From Anaerolineae bacterium (GTDB lineage Bacteria; Chloroflexota; Anaerolineae; Epilineales; JAHCIE01), in NCBI GenBank assembly GCA_034431435.1, contig DAOUDG010000016.1:70574-134573 (forward strand): 64,000 nucleotides of DNA, given 5' to 3'. Positions 20,279 to 29,951 of the stretch are shown piece after piece; the first letter of the stretch is position 1, and every line of letters begins with the position of its first letter. Position numbers and translations under genes: made by a program. The notes under the pieces are model-generated. The model ran no database searches, had not been told where the DNA came from, and worked only from the letters and a program-made list of their open reading frames with translations.

Positions 20279-21265
20279 ATGAGGATTCTCGTCACCGGCG
20301 GCGCCGGCTACATCGGCAGCGTCGTGACCCGCCAGTTGATTGCCGCTGGCGACCAGGTGGTCGTCTACGACAGTCTGGTTCGCGGCCACCGCCACGCCGT
20401 CGCCCCGGCCGCCACCTTCATCGAAGGCGATGTGGCCGACCGCCCCCACGTCGAGCGCGCCCTGGCCGACCACGGCGTCGACGCCGTCATCCACTTCGCC
20501 GCCCTCATCGAGGCGGGCGAGAGCATGAAGCAGCCGGAAACCTACTTCCGCAACATCACGGCGGGCAGTCTATCGCTGCTGGAAGCCATGCTGGCGCAGG
20601 GGGTGAACAGAATCGTCTTCTCATCCACCGCCGCCGTGTATGGGACACCGGACAGTCTGCCCATCCGCGAGAACGCGCCGTTGCGCCCGACCAACGCCTA
20701 CGGCGCGGCCAAGCTCATGGTCGAGAACATGCTCGGCTGGTTCCACCAGATTCACGGCCTGCGCTACGCCGCGCTGCGCTATTTCAACGCCGCGGGCGCG
20801 GTCCCGCCGCTGGGCGAGGACCACCGACCGGAGAGCCACCTGATCCCGCTGGCGATACAAGCCGTCCTCGGCCAACGGCCACGCCTGCTACTGTTTGGGA
20901 CCGACTACCCGACGCGCGACGGCACATGCATCCGTGACTACATCCACGTGGGCGACCTGGCCTCGGCGCACCTGCTCGCCCTGCGCGCCCTGGATACTGG
21001 CAGCGGCCAGCTGATCTACAACCTGGGCAGCGAGCGCGGGTACACGAACCTGGAAGTCATCGAGGCCGTGGGCCGCGTGGCGGGCAAGCCCGTACCCTAC
21101 GAGGCCGCGCCCCGCCGCCGTGGCGACCCCGATGCCCTCGTCGCCAGCGCGGAGCGTATCCGCACCGAGTTGGGCTGGCAGCCCCAATACACCGACATCG
21201 AAGCCATCATCCGCACCGCCTGGGACTGGCGCGCCGAGCATCCCGACGGCTATGGCGACCGTTAG
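20279..21265 (+). CDS. galE: UDP-glucose 4-epimerase
   Basis: ILVTGGAGYIGS Rossmann motif, catalytic YGAAK, 328 aa. Confidence 0.8.
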   Translation: MRILVTGGAGYIGSVVTRQLIAAGDQVVVYDSLVRGHRHAVAPAATFIEGDVADRPHVERALADHGVDAVIHFAALIEAGESMKQPETYFRNITAGSLSLLEAMLAQGVNRIVFSSTAAVYGTPDSLPIRENAPLRPTNAYGAAKLMVENMLGWFHQIHGLRYAALRYFNAAGAVPPLGEDHRPESHLIPLAIQAVLGQRPRLLLFGTDYPTRDGTCIRDYIHVGDLASAHLLALRALDTGSGQLIYNLGSERGYTNLEVIEAVGRVAGKPVPYEAAPRRRGDPDALVASAERIRTELGWQPQYTDIEAIIRTAWDWRAEHPDGYGDR

Positions 21266-22439
21266 CCTGGCGCAGAGAGCCGCCGCCGACGCAGTCGGCG
21301 CGCTCTCCCGCACCAGCCTCGCCGTCAACGGCTACTTCTGGCCCATGCCCCACGTGGGCAGCGGGCAGTATCTGCACCAGCTACTGCCCGCGCTGGCGGA
21401 CCTGTCGCCGGCCGACGACCGCGCCCTGATGGTCATGGCCGACGTGGACACGCCGCCCCGTGGCGCGCGGGTCGTGGCCTGGCGGCCGCCCGTCAGCTCT
21501 GGCGTATTGGGCGACGCGGCCAAGACGTGGTTCGAGCAGGTCGCCTTCCCGCGCCTCGCGGCGCAGGCTGACCTGGCCTTCGTGCCCTACTTCGCGTCGC
21601 CCCTCAACCCGACTGTGCCGACCGTCGTCACGGTCCACGACTTGATTCCCCTGGCCCTGCCCGCCTATCGCGGCTCGCCCCTGGCCCGCGCCTACTTCCG
21701 GCTGGCGCAGGCGGCCCTGCCCCGCGCCGCCCACATCATCACCGATTCGGAGTTCAGCCGCCGCGATATCCTGCTGCGCTTCTCCATCCCGCCCGACCGC
21801 GTGACGGCCATCCCCCTCGCCCCGGCGGCGCGCTTCCGCCCCGCCGACTCCCACGCCATCGCCGCCGCCCGCGCCCGCTACGGCCTGCCCCAGGAGTTCA
21901 TCCTGTACATGGGTGGCTACGACGTGCGCAAGGAGGTCGGCACGCTCCTCACGGCCTACGCCCACCTGCGCGCGAGCGGCTGCGACGTGCCCCTCGTCTG
22001 CGCGGGTGGCCTGCCCACCGACAGCGCCGTCACGCCCGACCCACGCCGTCAGGCGGCAACCCTGGGCCTGACCGACGTGCTGTTCCCCGGCCGAATCCCC
22101 GCCGAGGATCAGCCTGCCCTGCTGAGCGCGGCCACCGTGTTCGTCTTCCCATCACGCTACGAAGGCTTCGGGCTGCCGCCCCTGGAAGCAATGGCCTGTG
22201 GCGTGCCCACCATCGTCGCCAACGCCACGTCGCTGCCCGAAGTCGTCGGCGATGCAGCGCTCCTGTTCGCCGCCCTCGACTGGGACGCGCTGGCGGAGAC
22301 CCTGCGCCGCGCCCTGGGCGACGCTGACCTGCGGGCCGACCTGCGCCGTCGCGGCCTGCAGCGAGCCGCGCGCTTCACCTGGGCTGCCACCGCCGCCCAG
22401 ACCCAGGCCGTCTTCGCCCGCGCCCTGGCGGGGCATTGA
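21252..22439 (+). CDS. Glycosyltransferase family 4 (GT-B, group 1)
   Basis: C-terminal [36 protein letters not shown] is typical of GT4. ATG 21252 overlaps the galE 3' end by 14 nt. The track ORF starts at 21120. Confidence 0.65.
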   Translation: MATVSLAQRAAADAVGALSRTSLAVNGYFWPMPHVGSGQYLHQLLPALADLSPADDRALMVMADVDTPPRGARVVAWRPPVSSGVLGDAAKTWFEQVAFPRLAAQADLAFVPYFASPLNPTVPTVVTVHDLIPLALPAYRGSPLARAYFRLAQAALPRAAHIITDSEFSRRDILLRFSIPPDRVTAIPLAPAARFRPADSHAIAAARARYGLPQEFILYMGGYDVRKEVGTLLTAYAHLRASGCDVPLVCAGGLPTDSAVTPDPRRQAATLGLTDVLFPGRIPAEDQPALLSAATVFVFPSRYEGFGLPPLEAMACGVPTIVANATSLPEVVGDAALLFAALDWDALAETLRRALGDADLRADLRRRGLQRAARFTWAATAAQTQAVFARALAGH

Positions 22440-22627
22440 CCGGCCCACGAGGGATGCAAGGTTCTGTGGTTGAGGCGGAACGGTTGGCGCTCGATGGTCG
22501 GTGACCACGCGAACACTTCTTCACGCCGGGTGTCGAATCCTCCCCGCTGCTAATCCCCAATCCAGGTATCCTGAGAGGCAATCGCAATCAATGCTCCAGA
22601 TTCTGTCCTCAGGAGGGACACGACGCC

Positions 22628-23938
22628 ATGAAACTCCAGGGCCTGGCCGAGCTTACCCACTTCCGGAGGGTGACGGCCGATGACGCAGTCTCCATTGTCC
22701 GCTCCGGTGATCGTGTGTTCATCCAGAGCGTCGCCGCCGCGCCCCAACAACTCGTCCAGGCGTTGGTCCGCCGCGCCCCCGAATTGCGCGACGTTGAAAT
22801 CGTTCACCTCATCACCAGCGGTGAGGCCCCCTACACCCGGTCCGAGTACCGCGAGAGTTTCCGCACCAATAGCGTCTTCATCGGTCCCAACATCCGCGAG
22901 GCCGTCGCCAGCGGTCAGGCCGACTACATCCCCGTCTTCCTGCGCGAGGTCCCCGGCCTCTTCCGCCAGCGCATCCTGCCCCTGGATGTGGCGATGATTC
23001 AAGTGTCGCCACCCGACCGTCACGGCTTCTGCTCGCTCGGCGTGTCGGTGGATATCTCCCGCGCCGCGGTCGAGATGGCGACCCACGTCATCGCCCAGGT
23101 CAACCCGCACATGCCGCGCACCCACGGCGACGGCCTCATCCATATGGGCCAGATCGACTACGCCGTAGAGGTGGACGACCCATTGCCAGAGCTGCCCAAG
23201 ATTCAGTTGAGCGACGTGGAACTGAAGATCGGCCAGAACTGCGCACAGCTGATCGAGGACGGCGCCACCATCCAGATGGGCATCGGCGCGATTCCCGATG
23301 CGGTGCTGGCCTCCCTGACCCATCACCGCAACCTCGGCGTCCACACCGAGATGTTCTCCGAGGGCGTCATCGACCTGGTAGAGCGCGGTGTCATCACGGG
23401 CCACAACAAGCGCACTCACCCTGGCAAGATCGTCGGCAGCTTCCTGATGGGCACACGCCGCCTGTACGACTTCGTCGATGATAACCCGCTGGTCGTCCTC
23501 CTCGACGTGGCCTACACCAACGACACGGCGGTCATCCGCCGCAACCCCAAAGTCACGGCCATCAACAGCGCCATCGAGATCGACCTGACGGGCCAGGTAT
23601 GCGCCGACTCCATCGGCGCGCGCATGTACTCCGGCGTCGGCGGCCAGATGGACTTCATGCACGGCGCGGCCCTGTCCGAGGGCGGTAAGCCCATCATTGC
23701 CCTGCCCTCGACCACCGGCCGCGGCGAGTCGCGCCTGGTCAACTACCTCAAGCAGGGCGCGGGCGTCGTCACCACCCGCTCCCACATCCACTACGTTGTT
23801 ACCGAGTACGGCTGCGCCTACCTGTACGGCAAGAACCTGCGCCAGCGCGCCCGCGCCCTCATCAACATCGCCCACCCGGACCACCGCGAGACGTTGGAGC
23901 GCGAGGCCCACGAACGCTTCAAGACCCTCGACTTCTAG
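22628..23938 (+). CDS. Acetyl-CoA hydrolase/transferase family protein (4-hydroxybutyrate CoA-transferase-like)
   Basis: 436 aa. SGDRVFIQSVAAAP N-terminus, and GIGAIPDAVL and EIDLTGQVCADSIG motifs of the AcetylCoA_hydro family. Confidence 0.7.
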   Translation: MKLQGLAELTHFRRVTADDAVSIVRSGDRVFIQSVAAAPQQLVQALVRRAPELRDVEIVHLITSGEAPYTRSEYRESFRTNSVFIGPNIREAVASGQADYIPVFLREVPGLFRQRILPLDVAMIQVSPPDRHGFCSLGVSVDISRAAVEMATHVIAQVNPHMPRTHGDGLIHMGQIDYAVEVDDPLPELPKIQLSDVELKIGQNCAQLIEDGATIQMGIGAIPDAVLASLTHHRNLGVHTEMFSEGVIDLVERGVITGHNKRTHPGKIVGSFLMGTRRLYDFVDDNPLVVLLDVAYTNDTAVIRRNPKVTAINSAIEIDLTGQVCADSIGARMYSGVGGQMDFMHGAALSEGGKPIIALPSTTGRGESRLVNYLKQGAGVVTTRSHIHYVVTEYGCAYLYGKNLRQRARALINIAHPDHRETLEREAHERFKTLDF

Positions 23939-24021
23939 CCCAGGCTTCACAGTCAGCCCCCCACAGGGGCGTGGGGCGCGCGATTGAGTGACTCAACCGC
24001 GCGCCCCGCGCCGTCTCCACC

Positions 24022-24050
24022 TTGCTAAACTAAATACTTTCGTATATAAT
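24022..24050 (+). promoter_or_regulatory. Sigma70-like promoter (TTGCTA-17-TATAAT inside TATATAAT) in an AT-rich island before the alpha/beta hydrolase gene
   Basis: AT-rich 60-bp patch (ctaaactaaatactttcgtatataatctaagc) in an otherwise very GC-rich context, followed by RBS AGGAGG and ATG 24085. Confidence 0.4.
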
Positions 24051-24084
24051 CTAAGCGCATTAGTAATCAGGAGGACTTGAGCGT

Positions 24085-24927
24085 ATGCACACCAACACTA
24101 CCCTGGCCACCCGTGTCCTGACCCTGCCGGCTGGCTGCCTTGCCTATGAGGACAGCGGCGGACCGGGGCCACTGGTCGTCGCCATCCCCGGCCTCGGCGA
24201 CGTGCGCCAGGAGTACCGCTTCCTCGCCCCGCGTCTCATCGCGGCGGGCTACCGCGTCGTGACCCTGGACTTGCGCGGCCACGGCGAGTCGAGCGTCGGC
24301 TGGCCTGACTACCTCACCCAGAGCGTCGGCGCTGACATCCTCGCCCTGGTGGAGAGTCTGAACGCGGGACCGGCCCTGCTCATCGGCACATCAATGGCCG
24401 GCGGCGCGATCGCCTGGGCCGCTGCCGAGCGCCCCGATCGGGTGGTGGGGCTGGTCCTCATCAACCCCTTCGTTCGCCCGCTGCCAGGCTCAGTCGTTCA
24501 GACCCTGATGGTCAAGACCCTCATGCGTCGCCCCTGGGGACCGACTGCCTGGGGCTACTACTACCAGACCCTCTACCCCACCCAGCGCCCCGCCGACTTC
24601 GACCGCTACAAGGCGGCCCTAGTTGCCAACCTCAAGCAGCCGGGCCGCTTCGAGGCCGCGGTGGCGATGATGAACGACGATAAGGCGGCCATCGAGCCGC
24701 GACTGGGGGAGGTGCACGCGCCGGCCCTGGTACTTATGGGCAGCGAGGACCCCGACTTTCCCGACCCTCTCGCCGAGGGGCGTCTCGTCGCCGAGCGGCT
24801 GCACGGCGCGATGGATGTCATCGATGGCGCGGGCCACTATCCCCACGTCGAGTTCCCCGAGCCAACGGCGGCGCGCACCCTGGCCTTCCTGGCTGAGGCG
24901 CGCGAGGCGGCGTTGCATGGCGTCTAG
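24085..24927 (+). CDS. Alpha/beta-fold hydrolase
   Basis: 280 aa. HG oxyanion region (VVAIPGLGDV), nucleophile elbow GTSMAGG, and a C-terminal GHYPHVE histidine. Confidence 0.65.
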   Translation: MHTNTTLATRVLTLPAGCLAYEDSGGPGPLVVAIPGLGDVRQEYRFLAPRLIAAGYRVVTLDLRGHGESSVGWPDYLTQSVGADILALVESLNAGPALLIGTSMAGGAIAWAAAERPDRVVGLVLINPFVRPLPGSVVQTLMVKTLMRRPWGPTAWGYYYQTLYPTQRPADFDRYKAALVANLKQPGRFEAAVAMMNDDKAAIEPRLGEVHAPALVLMGSEDPDFPDPLAEGRLVAERLHGAMDVIDGAGHYPHVEFPEPTAARTLAFLAEAREAALHGV

Positions 24928-25498
24928 GGCGCGGCTGAACAGGGCGGCGGTGGTGCGCGCGGCGGTGGCGCTGGCCGATAGCGAGGGCCTGGAGGCAGTG
25001 ACATTGACGCGGCTGGCTGCCGAGCTGGGTGTGCGCCCGCCCTCCCTCTACAACCATGTCGCAGGGCAGGAAGGCATCCGTCACGAGTTGGCTCTGTATG
25101 GGGTGCGCGAACTGGGGCGGCGGCTAGAGCGGGCAGCGGTGGGCAAGTCGAGGGATGAGGCGCTACGCGCGGTGGCCCACGCCTACCGCGCCTTCGCTCA
25201 CGAGCATCCCCGCCTGTACGCGGCGACGCTGCGCGCCCCCACGCCGGACGATGCCGAGCTGCGCGCGGTCAGCGAGGATCTGCTGGCCGTCATCGCCGCC
25301 ATCTTCGCAGGCTTCGGCCTGGCCGGCGACGACGCGCTGCACGCCACCCGCGCCCTGCGCAGCCTCACCCACGGCTTCGTCGCCATGGAAGCAGCGGGCG
25401 GCTTCGGCCTGCCCCTCGACCTGGACGAGAGCTACCACCGCCTGGTGGACATCTTCATCGCTGGTCTGCACGCGACAGGCCCGCCAGGGCGACCCTGA
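24917..25498 (+). CDS. TetR/AcrR family transcriptional regulator
   Basis: N-terminal HTH (VTLTRLAAELGVRPPSLYNHV) and a TetR_C-like C-terminal domain. ATG 24917 overlaps the end of the hydrolase gene. Confidence 0.65.
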   Translation: MASRARLNRAAVVRAAVALADSEGLEAVTLTRLAAELGVRPPSLYNHVAGQEGIRHELALYGVRELGRRLERAAVGKSRDEALRAVAHAYRAFAHEHPRLYAATLRAPTPDDAELRAVSEDLLAVIAAIFAGFGLAGDDALHATRALRSLTHGFVAMEAAGGFGLPLDLDESYHRLVDIFIAGLHATGPPGRP

Positions 25499-25526
25499 CG
25501 GCGGCGATCCTGGGCCTGTCGCCGCC

Positions 25527-26726
25527 CTAGCGCATCCGCCCCTTGAGGCTCCACGTCAGCCCGAACAGGGCGACACCACTGACGCCGACCATCAGCAGCG
25601 CCGCCTGGAGCGAGAACAGCTCGGCAATCCAGCCGATAATGGGCGACCAGATGACGAAGCTAGTATAACAGGCGGCCATCATCGCCCCCGCGACGGCCCC
25701 GCTATGGTCCGGCATCGCCTGGGCGGCCGCGCTCAGCACCGTCGGTACCACGCCGGCCACCGCGACGCCCAGTACCACGAAGGCCAAGACGGCCATGGGC
25801 ACGCCGCCGGGGATAAACAGCAACCCATTGGCGACCACCAGCAGCACCGCCGAGGTCAGCAGGGACGTCAGCACGCCGCGCCGCTGTACCAGCGAGGCGT
25901 TGCCGATGCGGCCAACAAACATGGCGGCGTTGAACAGGGCGAAGGCCAGACCGCCGACGACCACCGCTGCCCCCAGGTCGCGCAGGTAGATGACCGAGTA
26001 GACGTTGGCGACCGTCTCGGCCAGCGGGCCAATGATGGCGATAAGAGCCAGCGTCATCATCACTCGCCCGCTGAACAGAATCTTGATGGTATCGGCCGGG
26101 CGAGACTTCTCGCGACCGTCCAGGGTGGGCGGGAAGCGGGTCGGCAGCGTGGCGAGGAAGACAAGCACCGCGAACACCGCCAGCAGCGTGAGTACCTGCT
26201 GGTACGTCCAGCCCCAGCCGCGTAGCAGGCCCGCGCCCAGCGCGCCGAGCACCGCCCCGCCGCTGTAGCCGGCGTGCATGTAGTTCATGGCATGGCGGCC
26301 CGTCGCTCGCTCCCAGTCCAGCGTCCCCCCATTGACCGAGATCTCCATCAGGCCATTGGCCACACCCGCGACCACCAGGCCCGCTACCAGTCCAGCCAGC
26401 CCGCCCGCCGCCGCCAGGGCCAGGACGGCCGCGCCCTCCAGAGCGATCGACATGAGACCCAGGCGCTTCTTGCCGCCCCACGCCGACAGCGACGCGCCGA
26501 AGAGCAGGATGACCACCGCCACCAGGGGCGACACGAGCTGCGCCGTGCCGAACACACCCAGGCTGATGCCCAGGGCAGGCACGATGTCTGCCCACAACAC
26601 GCCCAACGAGCCGATGATAAGGCCAAGCAGCAGAAAGAAGCTGATAAACAACGAGAAGACGACGCCGGGATGCCACTCCGACCGCGCGACACGAGAAACG
26701 CTCATATCATCCCTTTTGACAATCAT
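25527..26726 (-). CDS. MFS transporter
   Basis: About 12 predicted hydrophobic helices across 399 aa. Alternative start at 26705. Confidence 0.65.
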   Translation of the reverse strand: MIVKRDDMSVSRVARSEWHPGVVFSLFISFFLLLGLIIGSLGVLWADIVPALGISLGVFGTAQLVSPLVAVVILLFGASLSAWGGKKRLGLMSIALEGAAVLALAAAGGLAGLVAGLVVAGVANGLMEISVNGGTLDWERATGRHAMNYMHAGYSGGAVLGALGAGLLRGWGWTYQQVLTLLAVFAVLVFLATLPTRFPPTLDGREKSRPADTIKILFSGRVMMTLALIAIIGPLAETVANVYSVIYLRDLGAAVVVGGLAFALFNAAMFVGRIGNASLVQRRGVLTSLLTSAVLLVVANGLLFIPGGVPMAVLAFVVLGVAVAGVVPTVLSAAAQAMPDHSGAVAGAMMAACYTSFVIWSPIIGWIAELFSLQAALLMVGVSGVALFGLTWSLKGRMR

Positions 26727-26788
26727 CGAATTTCGCCGATACTAGCGTCACCGTATTATAGCACAGCCTCCACTTTTCGCGGCTCCGC

Positions 26789-27541
26789 ATGTACCAGGTC
26801 ACCTTTCGCTTCTATGCTGAATTGAACGACTTCCTCCCGTCGCAGCGCGGTCGAGACGTCGTCTATCGCTTCGCGCGCCGCGCTTCGGTCAAGGACGCCA
26901 TCGAGGCCCTCGGCGTGCCCCACACCGAGGTCGATCTCATTCTGGTCAACGGCGTGTCCGTCGATTTCGCCTATCGCATCCAGCCCGGTGACCGCATCAG
27001 CGTCTACCCCATCTTCGAGACCATCGACATCACGCCCCTGGTTCGCCTGCGGCCCCGCCCCTTGCGCGAGCCGCGTTTCGTTCTGGACGTGCACCTGGGC
27101 AAGCTGGCGACCTACCTGCGCTTGCTCGGTTTCGACTGCCTCTACAGCAACGACGCCCACGATAGCGACCTGGCGCGCACTTCCAGCCAGGAGAACCGCA
27201 TCCTCCTCACCCGCGACCGGGGCCTGCTCAAACGTGGCGAAGTCAGCCACGGCTACTTCGTGCGCGCCATCGAGCCACTCGCCCAGACCATCGAGGTCGC
27301 GCGCCGCTTCGACCTGTTCGACACAGTCCAACCCTTCCACCGCTGTGTGCGCTGCAACGGCCTGGTCACAGCGGCCCCAAAGGCTACGGTGCTGGACCAG
27401 CTGCTGCCCAAGACCCGCCTGTACTTTGACGAGTTCCACCGCTGCGAGGCGTGCGGGCGCGTCTACTGGCGCGGCTCCCACTATGAGCGCATGCGACGCA
27501 TCATCGACATGGTACAGGCAGCGCGACCATCCGACGGGTGA
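26789..27541 (+). CDS. Mut7-C RNase-domain protein with N-terminal ubiquitin-like (Ub-Mut7C, MoaD-fold) domain and C-terminal zinc ribbon
   Basis: N-terminal MYQVTFRFYAELNDFLP...GDRISVYP beta-grasp. Central PIN-like Mut7-C region (ILLTRDRGLLKRG). C-terminal CVRCNG...CEACGR zinc ribbon. Confidence 0.6.
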   Translation: MYQVTFRFYAELNDFLPSQRGRDVVYRFARRASVKDAIEALGVPHTEVDLILVNGVSVDFAYRIQPGDRISVYPIFETIDITPLVRLRPRPLREPRFVLDVHLGKLATYLRLLGFDCLYSNDAHDSDLARTSSQENRILLTRDRGLLKRGEVSHGYFVRAIEPLAQTIEVARRFDLFDTVQPFHRCVRCNGLVTAAPKATVLDQLLPKTRLYFDEFHRCEACGRVYWRGSHYERMRRIIDMVQAARPSDG

Positions 27542-27640
27542 ACACATCGTTCCGCCGGGTGAAGCCTTCTGCCACGCTATCAACCCCCCGCTTGTCGTAT
27601 ACTGCTATACTGAGGGAGAATCCCTCGGGAGGCAGCTATT

Positions 27641-29851
27641 ATGAAGCAGATTCTGGTCATTGACCTCAACCACGGCGACGAGACGTCGCCGGTCAAGGTA
27701 TTGGGATACGAGATGGAAATTCGGCGCGTCGGTTCGGGCGGTGATCCGGATCGCGTGCGCGCCCTCATCGCCGAGAACGACGGTCAGGTGGATGTCATCG
27801 CCCTGGAAGGCATGCCTGCCACGCTGCAACTCGGCCCGGCCCGCCGCCCCCACGCCGTCGGCGCATCGCTGCGCGAGGTGGCCCAGGTCACGCCGGTCAT
27901 CGACGGCTCTGGCATCCGCGACGGCATCTCGCGCTGGGGCATCATTCTGGCCGACCGCGCCCAGCCAGGCATCTTCGCCCAGAAGCGCATCCTGATGACG
28001 CCCGGCCTCAATCACATGGGCATGGCCCAGGCGCTCACCCGCCGCAGCGCGGATGTGCGCTACGCCGACCCCATTGTCTATTTCGCCCTGCCCGACGCGC
28101 CCGGTGTCGGCAGCAAGACCACCCTCGAGCAGGCGGCCGGCCCGACCCTGGAGCAACTCAAGGACGCCCCCTTCCGCCGCCTCAACCCGCAGCTCGGCCA
28201 CCCTGGTACGCCCCGCGCGGAGCACCCCTTCGAGTGGGCCGACGTGCTGGCGGGCGATATCAACACCATTCGCCGCTACGCTCCGCCGCTCCTGCGCCGC
28301 AAGACCATTGTCGTCGAGTCGGCCCAGGAAGAGGACCTTGACGACATGCGGCGGCGCGGCGCGTCCATCGTCGTGACGCTGATGCCGTCCCTCGAAGCAA
28401 AGGGTAGCCTGGGCCGCTGGTCGCCCGCCGTCATCGAGGGCGTGCTGGTCGCGGCGCGCTCCGACCCCAATCTGCCCCTCAACGAGGACACCTACCTCGA
28501 CCTCATGGCGGGATTGGACTGGACGCCCCACATCCGCTATTTGCAGCCCGACGAGGTAGGCATCAACAAGTTTGCCTTCGTCATCCACCCCCTGGACGTG
28601 AGCTTCATCCGCAGCCACCCCATGCTGCATTGGACACGCTATCTACCGGACGAGGTCGTCGAGACCACGGCGGCATATATGCCGCCTCTCTTCGTCGGTA
28701 AGATCACCGGCGGCCAGTCGCCCGCGACCGGCCAGAAGATCGAGGGCTATCTCATCTCCCTTGGGGCGACCCCGCGCCAGATGCTAAAGCACGACGAGAA
28801 GTTCACCTACGAGCGACTGAATCAGGCGGCCAAGATGTCAGAGCGGCTGGGCGCGCGCATCATGGGCCTCGGCGCGTTCACCTCGGTCGTGGGTGATGCG
28901 GGCATCACCGTCGCCCACGAGACCGACATTGCCATCACCAGCGGCAACAGCCTGACGGTGGCGGCGACCCTGGAGGCGGCCAAGCAGGCCGTCATCAAGA
29001 TGGGCGCGACCGACCTGACCCAGGGCAAGGCCATGATCATCGGCGCGACTGGCTCCATCGGCTCGGTGTGCGCCCGTCTCATCGCCCAGGCCATCGGCAA
29101 CGTGGTACTCGTATCCATCGAGCCGGAGCGCCTCATCGACTTGAAGCGCACCATCGAAGCCGAGACGCCCGGCGCCCAGGTCACCATCTCCACCACGGCC
29201 GGTGACCTGTCCACCGACTGTGACCTCATCGTGACCGCCACATCCGCCTTCGGTCAGCGCATCATCGATATCACCCGCTGCAAGCCGGGCGCGGTCATCT
29301 GCGACGTGGCTCGCCCGCCCGACATCAACCCCGCCGAGGCCGCCCTACGCCCCGACGTGCTGGTCATCGAGAGCGGCGAGGTGCGCATCCCCGGCGACAT
29401 CGACATCACCTATCCCATCGGCCTGCCGCCCAAGACCGTCTACGCCTGCCTGGCCGAGACATCGCTGCTGGCGATGGAGGGGCGCTTCGAGGACTACACC
29501 CTGGGCCGCAACATCACCATGGAGCGCGTCAAGGAGATCTATCACCTGTTCAAGAAGCACGACTATCAGCTGGCCGGGCTGCGCTCCTTCGGTAAGTACA
29601 TCACCGACGAGGACGTGGCCGCCAAGCGCGCCCTGGCCGAGGAGCTACGCAACGACCCCGAGCGGTTCGCCCAGGTCAAGGCCGAGGCGAGCGCGAAGCT
29701 GGCCGACATCCCCATCATGGCAAAGGGCGTCAAGGCCAGCAACGGCTCGACGCTGAAGAAGGTCGCCGTGCCCGTCGCCGCCGCCACCGCTGCCACCGCC
29801 GCCGCCGTCGCTGTCACGCGCCGCCGGCGGACGAAAGAACCTGCCTCGTAG
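27641..29851 (+). CDS. Two-module protein: uncharacterized ~310-aa N-terminal domain fused to an acyl-ACP-reductase (AAR)-like NAD(P)-binding reductase domain, with an Ala/Thr-rich hydrophobic tail and RRRR at the C-terminus
   Basis: Residues ~312-700 align by eye with cyanobacterial AAR: [137 protein letters not shown] cannot assign the N-terminal 310 aa to any family from memory. Confidence 0.55.
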   Translation: MKQILVIDLNHGDETSPVKVLGYEMEIRRVGSGGDPDRVRALIAENDGQVDVIALEGMPATLQLGPARRPHAVGASLREVAQVTPVIDGSGIRDGISRWGIILADRAQPGIFAQKRILMTPGLNHMGMAQALTRRSADVRYADPIVYFALPDAPGVGSKTTLEQAAGPTLEQLKDAPFRRLNPQLGHPGTPRAEHPFEWADVLAGDINTIRRYAPPLLRRKTIVVESAQEEDLDDMRRRGASIVVTLMPSLEAKGSLGRWSPAVIEGVLVAARSDPNLPLNEDTYLDLMAGLDWTPHIRYLQPDEVGINKFAFVIHPLDVSFIRSHPMLHWTRYLPDEVVETTAAYMPPLFVGKITGGQSPATGQKIEGYLISLGATPRQMLKHDEKFTYERLNQAAKMSERLGARIMGLGAFTSVVGDAGITVAHETDIAITSGNSLTVAATLEAAKQAVIKMGATDLTQGKAMIIGATGSIGSVCARLIAQAIGNVVLVSIEPERLIDLKRTIEAETPGAQVTISTTAGDLSTDCDLIVTATSAFGQRIIDITRCKPGAVICDVARPPDINPAEAALRPDVLVIESGEVRIPGDIDITYPIGLPPKTVYACLAETSLLAMEGRFEDYTLGRNITMERVKEIYHLFKKHDYQLAGLRSFGKYITDEDVAAKRALAEELRNDPERFAQVKAEASAKLADIPIMAKGVKASNGSTLKKVAVPVAAATAATAAAVAVTRRRRTKEPAS

Positions 29852-29870
29852 CCGGACAGGCGCGCACACG

Positions 29871-29928
29871 ATTTACAGGATGAACAGGATTGCAGGTAAT
29901 ATTCTGTTCTTGTTCGTCCTGTAAATCC
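29871..29928. repeat. Nested inverted repeat in an AT-rich intergenic spacer (GATTTACAGGA ... TCCTGTAAATC, inner GAACAG/CTGTTC)
   Basis: 11-bp perfect arms at 29871-29881 and 29918-29928, separated by 36 nt that contain a second palindromic pair. Local AT content is far above the window average. Confidence 0.5.
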
Positions 29929-29951
29929 TGTCTGGCCTCTTCGTGGTCGCC

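Noticed and set aside
22550-23950. 466-aa minus-strand ORF antisense to the CoA-transferase gene
   Set aside because: Repetitive V/G/D/A-rich translation. The sense strand carries conserved AcetylCoA_hydro motifs.
25155-26225. 356-aa plus-strand ORF antisense to the MFS transporter
   Set aside because: Highly charged low-complexity sequence (runs of G, R, D, H, Q). The minus strand encodes a convincing 12-TM transporter.
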